Both the position numbers and the translations under genes were made by a program. The notes beneath the pieces are model-generated. The model saw only the letters and a list, made by a program, of their open reading frames with translations. It was not told the DNA's origin and did not search any database. Below are positions 30,316 through 40,653 of a stretch of 64,000 nucleotides of DNA, piece after piece; the first letter of the stretch is position 1; every line of letters begins with the position of its first letter. This stretch comes from Candidatus Altimarinota bacterium. GTDB taxonomy: Bacteria > Patescibacteriota > Gracilibacteria > CAIRYL01. The stretch lies in NCBI GenBank assembly GCA_965250085.1, contig OZ252287.1, positions 480,001-544,000 on the forward strand. Direction: 5' to 3'.

Positions 30316-31182
30316 TTAAAAAAATGCTCCTGCAGATGAGACTGCTACCGTCCCCACTGTTCCGCCAACAAGAATGTATGGAAGGAGTTTGGACATGAGT
30401 TTCTTTTTGACAGCTTGTGTTCTTCTTTTTGGTCGTTTTCGCACCATTTCACGGTGCACAGCGTTATGTTGGGCCATATATCGATTGATCTCATCTTCCG
30501 TTTTTTTTCGATCTATACTTGCCTGTTGCTCTTGTTTTTTCCGATGAATGAGGTCCTTCCCTTTTCCGCTCATCTCTGCACTTTCAGCGTTCGTAAGGCG
30601 CTCACGTGAAATGGTGTGCTCTCTCTGATATCTCTGCAACGGCACAGAAGAAGTATCTACTTGTTGCGTGAGATCGCCTGCAGAGGAAAGCAGTGCTTTG
30701 TGAACATTTGTAGGAATATCATTTGCTGGCTCTTCTCGTTCAGAAGCAAGGATCACAGCAAGTGCTGCATAGGATCGTTCCGCATCACCTACTGGCATTC
30801 TTTTTTGCCACTGGGGCGTTCCCGGAAAGTGAAGTCCTTCTTTTATCTGATCATCGAGCATATCCATCCGATGCGCAAAATCTTGAGCAGATTCTTGTTG
30901 TTTTTTAGAAACTGCCAAGAGAAATGCAAGTGTTGCCTGTTGGGAGGTAAGTGTTCCAAAAATTTTATCTCTGCAAAATCTCTTACAAAACTCTTCTGCC
31001 TTGTGTGCATACTCTGGAGTCTGCATATGTCCTTTGAGCCAATTTTGAATCTCCTGTTTCTGCTCACGTTCTAAAGAATATCTCGTCATTCGCTCCAGAG
31101 TTTGAAACACATATGCCTCATCCTGGAGACGATCTGCAAAATCTTTCTGCGCTCTGCCGTTTTTGTGTGCCATGTCTATCAT
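30316..31182 (-). CDS. Hypothetical protein with C-terminal TM anchor
   Basis: 288-aa ORF; 4-nt overlap with the upstream gene. Confidence 0.65.
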   Translation of the reverse strand: MIDMAHKNGRAQKDFADRLQDEAYVFQTLERMTRYSLEREQKQEIQNWLKGHMQTPEYAHKAEEFCKRFCRDKIFGTLTSQQATLAFLLAVSKKQQESAQDFAHRMDMLDDQIKEGLHFPGTPQWQKRMPVGDAERSYAALAVILASEREEPANDIPTNVHKALLSSAGDLTQQVDTSSVPLQRYQREHTISRERLTNAESAEMSGKGKDLIHRKKQEQQASIDRKKTEDEINRYMAQHNAVHREMVRKRPKRRTQAVKKKLMSKLLPYILVGGTVGTVAVSSAGAFF

Positions 31183-32639
31183 GAATTTTGAGATTTTAAA
31201 GAATTAAGAATTTCACGAGTATCATGTGTTGAAAAATTTTCTCCCATAAATTGCTTATAGACCCATTTTCGTTCACGCCGTGCTTCAAGAGTCGTATCTT
31301 GTGATTCCAAGCGCGTAAGAGCTTCATTAAATTGTTCTTGGTTGTGTGTACCCGGAATCAAATCTGTCCGTCCTCCAAGTTTTTGAAGTTCTGCAGTTCC
31401 CCATCCTGAACCCTTGAGACCTTCTATAAAATCTCCCTGCACTTTTACCCGATCATTTTTTGAAACTCTCAAATCAGATCCTTTGACCTCTGCCCAATTG
31501 ACCGAACGAAGAATCTGAGCATCCTCTGGATGATTCCTTAAAAACTTCTGTATTCTCTCTCTCTCTATTTTTTTATCAGGAGAGTTGAGATAATTTGTCG
31601 CAGTATTTCCCGTATCCAGTTTGTATCTGTTTTTTTGCATCATTCTCGCTCCCACAGCGCCACTCGCTGCCCAGAATGCCGCTTTATCATTCTTGGGATC
31701 CTGCACCCAGATAGCACCATTTGCCAGTGCCACTGTGTATCCCCAAATGGGTCCTACTACTGTAATGAGAAATCGTATAATGCCATCTTCTTTCTGAAGC
31801 AATTTTCGAAACGGCCCTTCCTTTACCGACTCAGGCTTGAGAGCAATTTCAATTGCTTCTGCTTTGGTCAATCCTTCGGTATGCTTTGTATATTCCGCGA
31901 GCATCTCTGGATTTTCAGGGTTGGTAATCTTGCTCAAAAGTTCTGCTTCCTTCATCGAGATCATTTGATCAGCAATGATATGTCCCTTGGTAGAGATAAA
32001 GCCTTCCGCATCAAAATCTTTTTCTTTTCCCTGTGCTCTCGATCGCTTTTGTTCGAAGTTTTTGTAGAGTTCAGCATAATTCGCTGCTCTTTCTTGCGCT
32101 AATTGAGTTCTATGCCAAAGAGACTGCAATAATTCAGGATTTTGTGAAACCGCAATTTTGAGATCTTCTTCAGAGAGCTTGAAGCCTTCATATGATTTTT
32201 GGTAAAGATCGAGAATTGTATTGGCATACTTTCCCGAAAGCTTGATGTCCTTGCTTTCAATCATTTCCATATATTTTCCAGCATATTGCTGGTAGTACTC
32301 CCGTGCATGATCCAGCGCTCCTTGTACTCCCCCTTCATTCGCCGCATTTTGCGTATCTCGGCGCATCTCCTCTTGAGTTGGCAGTTGTTCTGCCGTAGTC
32401 TCCTCACTTTCTTTTGGATCTCCATGTTTTTCTGGTTTTGATTCTGTTTCATGAGTAGCTCGCTCCCTTTCAGCAAGCTTCCTTTGTACTTCTTCATCTT
32501 TATTAAGACGATCTGCCAACTGATATTGTTTTTGAGAAGAGTCAGCAAGTGTCATCTTTTTTTCATTTTGTATTTGTTCTACCAATGCGTCATGAGCTGC
32601 ATCATTTACTATTACCGGTGATTCTGGAGTTTCTGCCAT
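31179..32639 (-). CDS. Hypothetical coiled-coil protein with central hydrophobic hairpin
   Basis: 486-aa ORF. Confidence 0.7.
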   Translation of the reverse strand: MAETPESPVIVNDAAHDALVEQIQNEKKMTLADSSQKQYQLADRLNKDEEVQRKLAERERATHETESKPEKHGDPKESEETTAEQLPTQEEMRRDTQNAANEGGVQGALDHAREYYQQYAGKYMEMIESKDIKLSGKYANTILDLYQKSYEGFKLSEEDLKIAVSQNPELLQSLWHRTQLAQERAANYAELYKNFEQKRSRAQGKEKDFDAEGFISTKGHIIADQMISMKEAELLSKITNPENPEMLAEYTKHTEGLTKAEAIEIALKPESVKEGPFRKLLQKEDGIIRFLITVVGPIWGYTVALANGAIWVQDPKNDKAAFWAASGAVGARMMQKNRYKLDTGNTATNYLNSPDKKIERERIQKFLRNHPEDAQILRSVNWAEVKGSDLRVSKNDRVKVQGDFIEGLKGSGWGTAELQKLGGRTDLIPGTHNQEQFNEALTRLESQDTTLEARRERKWVYKQFMGENFSTHDTREILNSLKSQNS

Positions 32640-32671
32640 ATTTTGTATTTATTTTTTTGAAATAAAAAAAT

Positions 32672-33181
32672 CTAGAGTCTGAGTTTCCTGATCAGCCAGT
32701 CAAAAAATCCTTCATCCTTCCCCACGAGCTCTGGCACAAAACGAGCCAGTGTCTCGCGAATTTCAGCAGGGTCTTGATCTCCCATAAGCACCGAAACCTC
32801 TTTCACCACATTTTTCATCAGTCTCAGATTCAGCGTTTCTACCTCACCAGGTTTAAAAATAATCCAAAAATTACGGATATTGGAATACGGATAAAAATAA
32901 TGATCCACCTCTACTCCCATATCTGTAATGTGAATTTCTATCTTTTTTGGTGGCTTGTGTACGAGTCCGTATACTCCTGCAAAGAGTGCTATCACAATAG
33001 CAAAAGGGTATGAATCAGAAAGAATACCGTACACAATCATCCCCATAATCACGACAATAGCGCAAAATTTCCAGAACGTGTTTTTTTCATGGTATACATA
33101 TTCTGGAACACTCCAGGACAAGAGTTTTCTCCCCTTTGACTGACGTAGTCCAGAAGTCGATATTTGAGGAGCTTTTTTCAT
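32672..33181 (-). CDS. Two-TM membrane protein (DUF5673-like, common in CPR)
   Basis: LSW.VPEY..HEK..W and GVEVDHYFYPYSNI..FWI patterns. Confidence 0.7.
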   Translation of the reverse strand: MKKAPQISTSGLRQSKGRKLLSWSVPEYVYHEKNTFWKFCAIVVIMGMIVYGILSDSYPFAIVIALFAGVYGLVHKPPKKIEIHITDMGVEVDHYFYPYSNIRNFWIIFKPGEVETLNLRLMKNVVKEVSVLMGDQDPAEIRETLARFVPELVGKDEGFFDWLIRKLRL

Positions 33182-33360
33182 ATACAGTACAAACAAAAAA
33201 TTATCTTATCAGTATACCAAAAAAAGAGCTCAAGAGAAAGAGAAAAAGCGGGAAAATTGCTTCCTATTTACTGACAACTGACTACTGACAACTTCATTCC
33301 TGAATCCTTGATACCTCTCCACAGAAAGCGTATCATCATCCCACTCTTATCCCCTGAAAG

Positions 33361-33987
33361 ATGACCTATACATGGCAATTCAATGCTCGTCCATACTCTG
33401 GTGATGAAGCAAAAACGCTTTTGGCAGATGTGATGAGTGCCGAAACATCAGATTGGCATTACAATACACATCACAAAGGATATATAGGAGCCCTCAATAC
33501 CATTGAAAAATCACTTGAGAAGTGCTCTCATGAGGGAATCAACGGAAATTATTCCGAATTTGGAGAACTCAAACGCCGACTTCCCTGGAACCATGCAGGC
33601 ACTGTCCTCCATGATGTGTACTGGTCAGCACTCGGAGGAAATGGAGACAATTCTGCTGCTCCAGAATTGATGAAAGCTCTCAAAGAGCATTTTGGATCGT
33701 ATGAGGCTTGGGAATCAGATTTCGTAAGGAGTGCTATGGGCACAAAACTCAGCGGTTGGGCAGTACTCACCCATGATCAACTCTATTCTGATAGGCTACT
33801 GAATGGAGTCGTAGACGAACACCAAAACGGAGCCATATGGGGAGGAGTCCCACTTCTCAGCATTGATATGTTTGAACACGCGTATTATCACAAAGACGGA
33901 CCCGCCAGAATGGCATATATCAAAAACTTCCTCTCAAATCTTCATTGGGGAAGAATTGAAGAGCGATATTTAAAGTACAAGAGATAG
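33361..33987 (+). CDS. sod: Fe/Mn superoxide dismutase
   Basis: HYNTHHKGY, LHDVYW and DMFEHAYY metal ligands. Confidence 0.93.
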   Translation: MTYTWQFNARPYSGDEAKTLLADVMSAETSDWHYNTHHKGYIGALNTIEKSLEKCSHEGINGNYSEFGELKRRLPWNHAGTVLHDVYWSALGGNGDNSAAPELMKALKEHFGSYEAWESDFVRSAMGTKLSGWAVLTHDQLYSDRLLNGVVDEHQNGAIWGGVPLLSIDMFEHAYYHKDGPARMAYIKNFLSNLHWGRIEERYLKYKR

Positions 33988-34105
33988 GCAATACCTGCTC
34001 CCCTGAGAAGGAGAGATGTCGAGCTTGCGAGACAGAGGGGTTTTAAAATCCTTATCTCCATAGTGTGGCGAAGCCCTGTGGAGCTTTTTTGAGCAAATAC
34101 CCCCT

Positions 34106-34726
34106 CTAAGCTCCCTCTAAAAGGGGGAAAAATGGGAGATTTATCTCAAAAAACGCCTTCATGCGGGCAAAAAATTCACGGAATTCAAAGAAATCAATCT
34201 TTGCATATCCCTGTCGATCCGAAGCATATCCCCAAGATTCAATCCCTGCTTTTTCACACAGGTATATTGCTCTCGGAAGATGAAATTCCTGTGTGACGAG
34301 GATCGCTTTTTCTATCCCAAAGACTTTCCCAGCTCGAGTGCATGAGTCGAACGTACTAAGCCCCTCTGGATCAAGAAGAATATTGCCCTCAGCAACATCA
34401 AATGCCATCGCTTCGGCTTTCATCACATTGACCTCACTATAATCATCAGCAATACCATCTCCTGTCATGAGAAGCTTGTCGACCTTTTGAGCCAGATAAA
34501 GCTCGGCTGCAGATGCTACACGATCTGCCAATACGGCACTTGGATATGTGTTTTTTACGACTGATGCTCCAAATACAATAGCCACGGGAGCTTCCGGAAT
34601 TTTCTGAATTTCTAATATTTTATTCCGAGCATTCCATAAAATAGTGACCTGAGGAAGAAAAAATACTAAGAATCCTCCTGCAACTACAAAAAGAAACAAA
34701 CGAAAGAGAAAAGTTTTGAACTTCAT
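34106..34726 (-). CDS. SanA/YdcF (DUF218) family protein
   Basis: AIVFGA, LADR, GLSTFDS and VTQEFHLPRA motifs. Confidence 0.85.
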   Translation of the reverse strand: MKFKTFLFRLFLFVVAGGFLVFFLPQVTILWNARNKILEIQKIPEAPVAIVFGASVVKNTYPSAVLADRVASAAELYLAQKVDKLLMTGDGIADDYSEVNVMKAEAMAFDVAEGNILLDPEGLSTFDSCTRAGKVFGIEKAILVTQEFHLPRAIYLCEKAGIESWGYASDRQGYAKIDFFEFREFFARMKAFFEINLPFFPLLEGA

Positions 34727-34813
34727 GTGGACGTATTGTGGCAAAAAATAAAAAATTCGGAAAGCATTGTTTTTTTATAACTTTTTTGAGAAAATCCCGC
34801 TGCAATAGAGCGT

Positions 34814-35050
34814 ATGAAGGCTTCTTTTTCTATACTTTGCTTGGCGTTACTTTTCTCTGGATGTATTGCAGAAAAGGAAGCGAATCCTGATGAAGATTTT
34901 GAATCTTTTTATCAGGGGTCTCCACAGGATTTTGTAGAAGAACTCACTCCTCCCAAAAATGATGTAATTGAAAAAACCACTTCCGAATCCTTTGAGTTTT
35001 CTGGAGGCAATAGTGATTGGCAGTGTAGTGTCACTTGCTCTCCCCGTTAG
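34814..35050 (+). CDS. Small lipoprotein
   Basis: LLFSGC lipobox. Confidence 0.6.
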   Translation: MKASFSILCLALLFSGCIAEKEANPDEDFESFYQGSPQDFVEELTPPKNDVIEKTTSESFEFSGGNSDWQCSVTCSPR

Positions 35051-35072
35051 CATATTCTTTTACTTTCTTTCT

Positions 35073-35672
35073 ATGAAAAAATTTCTTTTACTTCCCCTTA
35101 TGATTCTTGCACTTACCGCTTGTTCCCACGTGAAAAATGATACAGGCGAGACGAATGAGCCTCCCTCTTTTGATCAAGCAGCCTCTCCTGAAAGAGGAGA
35201 AGACGTGGCCGTTATTAGTACTCGACTCGGTGATATCACACTTCGACTCTTTCCCAAACAAACTCCCAAAACAGTAGAAAATTTTGTAACACATGCCAAA
35301 AATGGATATTACAACGGCATTATCTTTCATCGAGTGATTCCAGATTTTATGATCCAGGGCGGTGATCCCGATGGCACCGGCCGAGGTGGAGAGAGTATCT
35401 GGGAAGCTGATTTTGAAGATGAATTTGATACAAATTTGAACAATATTCGTGGATCGCTCTCTATGGCAAATCGTGGCCCTGGTACCAACGGTTCTCAGTT
35501 TTTTATCAATCAAAAAGACAATCTCTTTTTGGACAACAAGCACACTGTCTTTGGGCAAGTAATTGAAGGTATGGACGTAGTAGATCAGATTGTTGCACTC
35601 GAAAAAGACGCGAACGATAAGCCGGTAGAAGATATTGAGATGACAATTACAATAGTGAAGCACAAGAATTAA
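35073..35672 (+). CDS. Cyclophilin-type peptidyl-prolyl isomerase (lipoprotein)
   Basis: FHRVIPDFMIQGGD, SMANRGPGTNGSQFFI and LTAC lipobox. Confidence 0.93.
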   Translation: MKKFLLLPLMILALTACSHVKNDTGETNEPPSFDQAASPERGEDVAVISTRLGDITLRLFPKQTPKTVENFVTHAKNGYYNGIIFHRVIPDFMIQGGDPDGTGRGGESIWEADFEDEFDTNLNNIRGSLSMANRGPGTNGSQFFINQKDNLFLDNKHTVFGQVIEGMDVVDQIVALEKDANDKPVEDIEMTITIVKHKN

Positions 35673-35680
35673 ACTGGAAG

Positions 35681-35800
35681 AATTACTAATGACAAATTAC
35701 TAATACCTAATCAAATCCTAATGTCTAATGACAAAATACGTTTTGAAGTATTCAGTCATTGGCCATTGATTCGTCATTAGAGCAATTAGGTATTAGGCAT
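35681..35800. repeat. Empty inverted heptamer-arm hairpin between the cyclophilin gene and gltX
   Basis: AATTACT AATGACA AATTACT AATACCT AAT.. versus ..GTCATTAG..AATTAGGTATTAGGCATT. Confidence 0.7.
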
Positions 35801-35860
35801 TTTTTCGCTTATTATAAGCGAACATACGTTCCTCAATAATCTTCAATTTATAATTCACAC

Positions 35861-37303
35861 ATGGTAATCGTCAGGTACCCACCTTCTCCGACAGGACTTT
35901 TGCATGTTGGCACAGTCCGTACCATGCTCTATAACTACCTGTTTGCGAAACAAAATGGTGGAAAGATTGTGATGCGACTGGAAGATACAGATGCACAGCG
36001 TTCTACGAAGGAGTTTGAGGAAGATATTTTGAATGGAATTCAAAAACTTGGGCTCAATTGGGATGATGATGTCATTCACCAAAGTGAAAGAACCGATATC
36101 TATTCTGAGCATCTCAAAAAACTGCTCAATGAAGATAAGGCATACTATTGCTTTTGCACAAAAGAAGAACTCGCAGAAGAACGAGGAAAGCGCGAAGCCC
36201 AGAAGCTTCCTCCGAGATATTCTGAAAAATGCTCTCATCTTCCTCCCTCTGAGCAAAATGAAAGAATTCAAAGAGGAGAAAGCGTAGTGATTCGATTTCG
36301 TACTCCAAAGGAGCAAGAGGTTGTGTTTCAAGATTTAGTGCGAGGTGAAGTGAAATTTCATACAAAAGATTTAGATGATTTTGTTATCGCAAGAAGCGCG
36401 AATGATCCTCTGTATAACTTTACCGTCGTAATTGATGATCACCTTATGAATATTTCACATGTGATTCGTGGAGAAGATCACATTTCTAATACCCCAAAAC
36501 AAATCTTGATCTATCAGGCGTTCGGGTGGGATGCACCAGCATTTGCTCATATTCCCCTTATCCTCAATCAGGACAAAAGTAAGCTCTCCAAGCGGAAAAA
36601 TAAGGTAGCAGTCGATGATTATTTGGAAGACGGCATTTTGCCGGAAGCACTTCTCAATTTTCTTGCACTTTTGGGATGGAATACCTCTGATGAAAACGAA
36701 ATTTTTAGCATTACAGATCTTATTCGTGAGTTTTCACTCGATCGAGTACACAAAGGGGGAGCCATTTTTGATCTCGAAAAACTCATGTGGCTCAGTGGTA
36801 TGTGGATCAGACAAAAATCTCTTGAAGAATTTACTTGCCTCGCTGAACCATTTTTACAAGAAAATATTTTTACAGAAGGAAGGAAAGAGTATGGAGAAAA
36901 GTTCTATGAAAAAGCTCTCAGTTTGGTTCAAGAACGATGTAAAAAACTTTCAGAACTTCCCGATTTTCTGCGTTTTTTCTTTATCGAAAGACTTGAGTAT
37001 TCTGCAGAACTTTTTCATCACAAAAAAATGAAAGTAGACAGGGATATTGCATTTCAGGCTCTCAATGAAGGAGTAGCTCTGCTCGAAAAAATCTCAGAAT
37101 CTGATTGGAGAGAAGGACATTTAAAAGAACTACTCCTTAAAAAGGCAGAAGAACTTGGATGGAAAAATGGACAACTGCTCTGGCCACTGAGAGTAGCTCT
37201 CTCAGGAGAAGAATTTTCCCCGGGAACTTTCGAGCTACTCGAAATCTTTGGAAAAGAGCGAAGTTTGCAAAGAATTGAGCGTGGAATAAAACTGTTACAA
37301 TAA
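35861..37303 (+). CDS. gltX: Glutamate--tRNA ligase
   Basis: RYPPSPTGLLHVG, IRGEDH and KLSKR motifs. Confidence 0.97.
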   Translation: MVIVRYPPSPTGLLHVGTVRTMLYNYLFAKQNGGKIVMRLEDTDAQRSTKEFEEDILNGIQKLGLNWDDDVIHQSERTDIYSEHLKKLLNEDKAYYCFCTKEELAEERGKREAQKLPPRYSEKCSHLPPSEQNERIQRGESVVIRFRTPKEQEVVFQDLVRGEVKFHTKDLDDFVIARSANDPLYNFTVVIDDHLMNISHVIRGEDHISNTPKQILIYQAFGWDAPAFAHIPLILNQDKSKLSKRKNKVAVDDYLEDGILPEALLNFLALLGWNTSDENEIFSITDLIREFSLDRVHKGGAIFDLEKLMWLSGMWIRQKSLEEFTCLAEPFLQENIFTEGRKEYGEKFYEKALSLVQERCKKLSELPDFLRFFFIERLEYSAELFHHKKMKVDRDIAFQALNEGVALLEKISESDWREGHLKELLLKKAEELGWKNGQLLWPLRVALSGEEFSPGTFELLEIFGKERSLQRIERGIKLLQ

Positions 37304-37316
37304 TAATTTTTTGAAT

Positions 37317-38006
37317 TTATAGTTGAGTCGCTCTGTTTGCCGCATCACGAATTCCTCTAGATTTCAGTTTACTAATTACTGCAAATACCGCCTTTTTGTT
37401 TTCATCAGATGGATGAAGTCCAAGATATTTTTTTCGCTCCTGAAATCCTTGTTGTTCTAAAAAATCTATTGCTCTCTGAGAATGTGGTCCTACCCAATCG
37501 ACGCAATTAAAATCTTGTACAAATATCACATTATCTACACTATCAAGGTTGTAATTCCCACCAAGTTCGGAAAGATATTCCCATTCACATCCATTTATAA
37601 GTCTGAAATTGAAATTCTTTAATTGAGTCGATATTGTTTCATTTAAACCACTTCTTTCTTGTTCCCAGTTATCTGGCATCTCAACTGGACTCCACGAATC
37701 GTCATGCCTAATTCCATTGGCTTCCAAAAGTTCTTTTTTCTCTGGAGTGTTAAAACCCATCCAATACAATCCCTCTTGTGGATCAACGAAGGCAAGTATT
37801 CCATCTCGAACAGAATATGTTCCTTTATGCCCCCCCCTATATATAAACCCAGACCCCTCTCTCTTATTTTGTCCCCTCAAAACAACCTTTCCTTTCATAT
37901 TTTTTGATCCTGTTGCATTTACAAAACCATGTTCGCTCAGGTTGTGGGGGAGAAAAAATGCATTGAATTTCTCACCCAGACTTTCATTAGCGTGATTTAA
38001 AGGCAT
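37317..38006 (-). CDS. Hypothetical protein
   Basis: 229-aa ORF, no recognised motif. Confidence 0.6.
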   Translation of the reverse strand: MPLNHANESLGEKFNAFFLPHNLSEHGFVNATGSKNMKGKVVLRGQNKREGSGFIYRGGHKGTYSVRDGILAFVDPQEGLYWMGFNTPEKKELLEANGIRHDDSWSPVEMPDNWEQERSGLNETISTQLKNFNFRLINGCEWEYLSELGGNYNLDSVDNVIFVQDFNCVDWVGPHSQRAIDFLEQQGFQERKKYLGLHPSDENKKAVFAVISKLKSRGIRDAANRATQL

Positions 38007-38062
38007 CTTAACAATTGCTATATAATATATTGTAACCTATAAATATATATTTGTAAATTAAT

Positions 38063-39268
38063 TTAAGACACTTTTATTTCTTGAAAACTCCTTTTATTGC
38101 ACCGAAACATCAACACTGAAAAAAGCGTTGTTACAAGCGTCATAATCACCAGTGCAGAAAATATCTCCTGAGAAATAATTCCTGCCTGAAATCCAATATT
38201 AGCAAGGATAAGCTCCACTGCTCCCCTTCCATTCATCGCAATTCCCACTCCGAATGATTCTTTCATCGTCATCCCGGAAAGTTTGGCCGGAATACCAGCT
38301 CCAAAAAGTTTTCCGAGTATAGCAACTACGCTGAGCAAAAATGGGAGAAGGAAATTCCCAGTAAGAACCTCCCAGTCGAGAGAAAACGCAAGGGAAGCAA
38401 AAAAGAGGGGGCCAAAAAAGCTGTAGGCAAATGCTTCAGTGCGATCTTCAACTTTTTCAAATACTGAACCGTCAATCATGTCTTCTCTCAAAAAAAGTCC
38501 AGCGAGAAAGGCTCCAACAATCAAGTGAAGTCCTATTGCCTCTGCAATGAGTCCAAAAGTAAGTGCGAGAATAATCAGAAACATAAATCCACTGTCTCCA
38601 TGAGACATGATACGACGAAAATATCGAAAAAGAGTGTCTCCTAAAAAAATAATTACTCCAAAAAAGAGAATGGTCTTCCCCAGAAGCACAAAAATTTCAG
38701 CAGAATGAATGCTTCCTCCTTCTGCGATACTCAAGACCACTGAAAAAAGAATGAGGGCCAAAACATCATCAATGAGTCCCGCTCCTAAAGACACGCGAGC
38801 AACGCGACTATTTTCTATCTTGCAGTCAGAAAACATGCGAGCTGAAACAGCAATAGCGGTAATAGAGAGTCCCATTGCCATGTACAGCGACGCCGTAAAA
38901 GAAAATCCAAATATTTGTCCTACAGCATATCCTCCAATAAAGGGAAGTACCATTCCTCCAATCGCTACGGGGAAAAATTTTCTAGAAGCTTTTAAAAATT
39001 CATCTGGATTTGTTTTGAGTCCGGTATAAAGCATGAGGAAAAAAATACCCATTTCACCAAACAGTTCAATGACATTAAGCTCCGCACTTTTGACAAAAAG
39101 TGGAGCAACCAAAACTCCTGCCAGCATTTCTCCAAACAGAGAAGGAAGTTTGAGCTTTTCAAAAATCTTTCCAAACATCCAGATAGCTCCCAGCAAAATT
39201 GTAAGCAGGAGAGGGAAGGAAAACTCTGAGGGATGTGGCACGAGAGAAGCGAGATCGGCAGAAATCAT
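38063..39268 (-). CDS. Cation:proton antiporter (CPA2)
   Basis: SITAIAV, IDDV, GAFLAG and MNGRG motifs. Confidence 0.9.
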   Translation of the reverse strand: MISADLASLVPHPSEFSFPLLLTILLGAIWMFGKIFEKLKLPSLFGEMLAGVLVAPLFVKSAELNVIELFGEMGIFFLMLYTGLKTNPDEFLKASRKFFPVAIGGMVLPFIGGYAVGQIFGFSFTASLYMAMGLSITAIAVSARMFSDCKIENSRVARVSLGAGLIDDVLALILFSVVLSIAEGGSIHSAEIFVLLGKTILFFGVIIFLGDTLFRYFRRIMSHGDSGFMFLIILALTFGLIAEAIGLHLIVGAFLAGLFLREDMIDGSVFEKVEDRTEAFAYSFFGPLFFASLAFSLDWEVLTGNFLLPFLLSVVAILGKLFGAGIPAKLSGMTMKESFGVGIAMNGRGAVELILANIGFQAGIISQEIFSALVIMTLVTTLFSVLMFRCNKRSFQEIKVS

Positions 39269-39304
39269 ATGAGAGGGACTACAACAACATAATGTTTCAC
39301 GAAA

Positions 39305-40483
39305 TTAAGTCACTTTTTTCTTTTTTCGAAGGATCTTAGCAACAGGTTTGAATGTTACTATCGAAAATAATGTGGTAACAAATGCCATAATGACAAGTGC
39401 GGAAAAGAGATCTTCACTTAAAATACCCGCTTCGAGTCCGACAGTTGCAATGATAAGCTCTACCGCTCCCCGACTGTTCATCGCCAGTCCCACTGCAAGT
39501 GATTCTATTTTAGTCATGTTGAGAAAGTATGCTGGTATGCCGGCCCCAATGACCTTCCCCAAAATTGCTATTGCAAGCAGTACAATGAGAAAGAGCGCGT
39601 TTGTTTTTAAAATAGAAAAGTCCAAATGAAACGCAAGGGAAGCAAAAAATATAGGACCTAAAAAGCTATAACTGAGTCCAAAAATACGATCTTCTATTTT
39701 TTTAAAGAGATGCTCATCAAGGATTTCTTCACGAATAAAGAGCCCTGCTAAAAATGCGCCAACAATTGTGTGGAGTCCTATAGAGTGTGCTACGTATCCA
39801 AAGGCAAATGCGAGAACAAGTGTGAATGTAAATCCTTTGTTCCCTCTGTAAAGTATTTTCCCCAAATGATGAAAATATTTGCTTCCTACATAGAGAGATA
39901 CTCCAAAGAATACGACTATTTTTCCGACCAGGAAGAGTATTTGCTCAAAATCTATTGCTCCCTCTTTTCCAATGGAAAGTGCTATAGAAAAAAGTATAAG
40001 CGCAAAAACATCATCAATAAGTGCTGCTCCCAGGGAAACGCGAGCAACAGAAGTTTTACTCACACGGCAATCTTTAAAAAGCCTTACTGAGACTGCTATT
40101 GCTGTAATAGAGAGTCCCATCCCAATATAAAATGACTCTGATGGCGCAAAACCAAACCATCTCCCAACTCCATATCCACCAAGAAGTGGTAAGATCATTC
40201 CTCCGATAGCAATGGGGAAGAATTTTTTGGAAGCATTAAAAAAAGACTTGGGGTCAGTTTCGAGCCCTGAGTGAAGCATAATGAAAAATATTCCCAGTTC
40301 TGCCAGCGCGAGAATATGCTCCGAATCTGGTGGCACAAAACCAAAAACCAAAGGTCCTACCAAAACTCCTGCGAGAACATCACCAAAAATTCCTGGGAGG
40401 CGCATTTTGCGAAAGAGAGCTCCCAGTACCCAAACAGCGACCAGTAGGATAAACAACTGCTGAATAAGATCACCTGAGATCAT
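39305..40483 (-). CDS. Cation:proton antiporter (CPA2), tandem paralog
   Basis: Same motifs; clearly homologous to the adjacent gene. Confidence 0.9.
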   Translation of the reverse strand: MISGDLIQQLFILLVAVWVLGALFRKMRLPGIFGDVLAGVLVGPLVFGFVPPDSEHILALAELGIFFIMLHSGLETDPKSFFNASKKFFPIAIGGMILPLLGGYGVGRWFGFAPSESFYIGMGLSITAIAVSVRLFKDCRVSKTSVARVSLGAALIDDVFALILFSIALSIGKEGAIDFEQILFLVGKIVVFFGVSLYVGSKYFHHLGKILYRGNKGFTFTLVLAFAFGYVAHSIGLHTIVGAFLAGLFIREEILDEHLFKKIEDRIFGLSYSFLGPIFFASLAFHLDFSILKTNALFLIVLLAIAILGKVIGAGIPAYFLNMTKIESLAVGLAMNSRGAVELIIATVGLEAGILSEDLFSALVIMAFVTTLFSIVTFKPVAKILRKKKKVT

Positions 40484-40653
40484 AGGCTTTGTCCTTTAAA
40501 ATAACGTTTTTATCCTATCACATTTCATAATACTGAAAATATTATTTGCAGGAAAAAATAATTTTTTCTTTATAAAGGCACAACATCCATGCGTATTAAC
40601 TTTTTTAATAGCAAAGAGAATATTGATTTTTATAGGTATCTATAAAAAGTATA

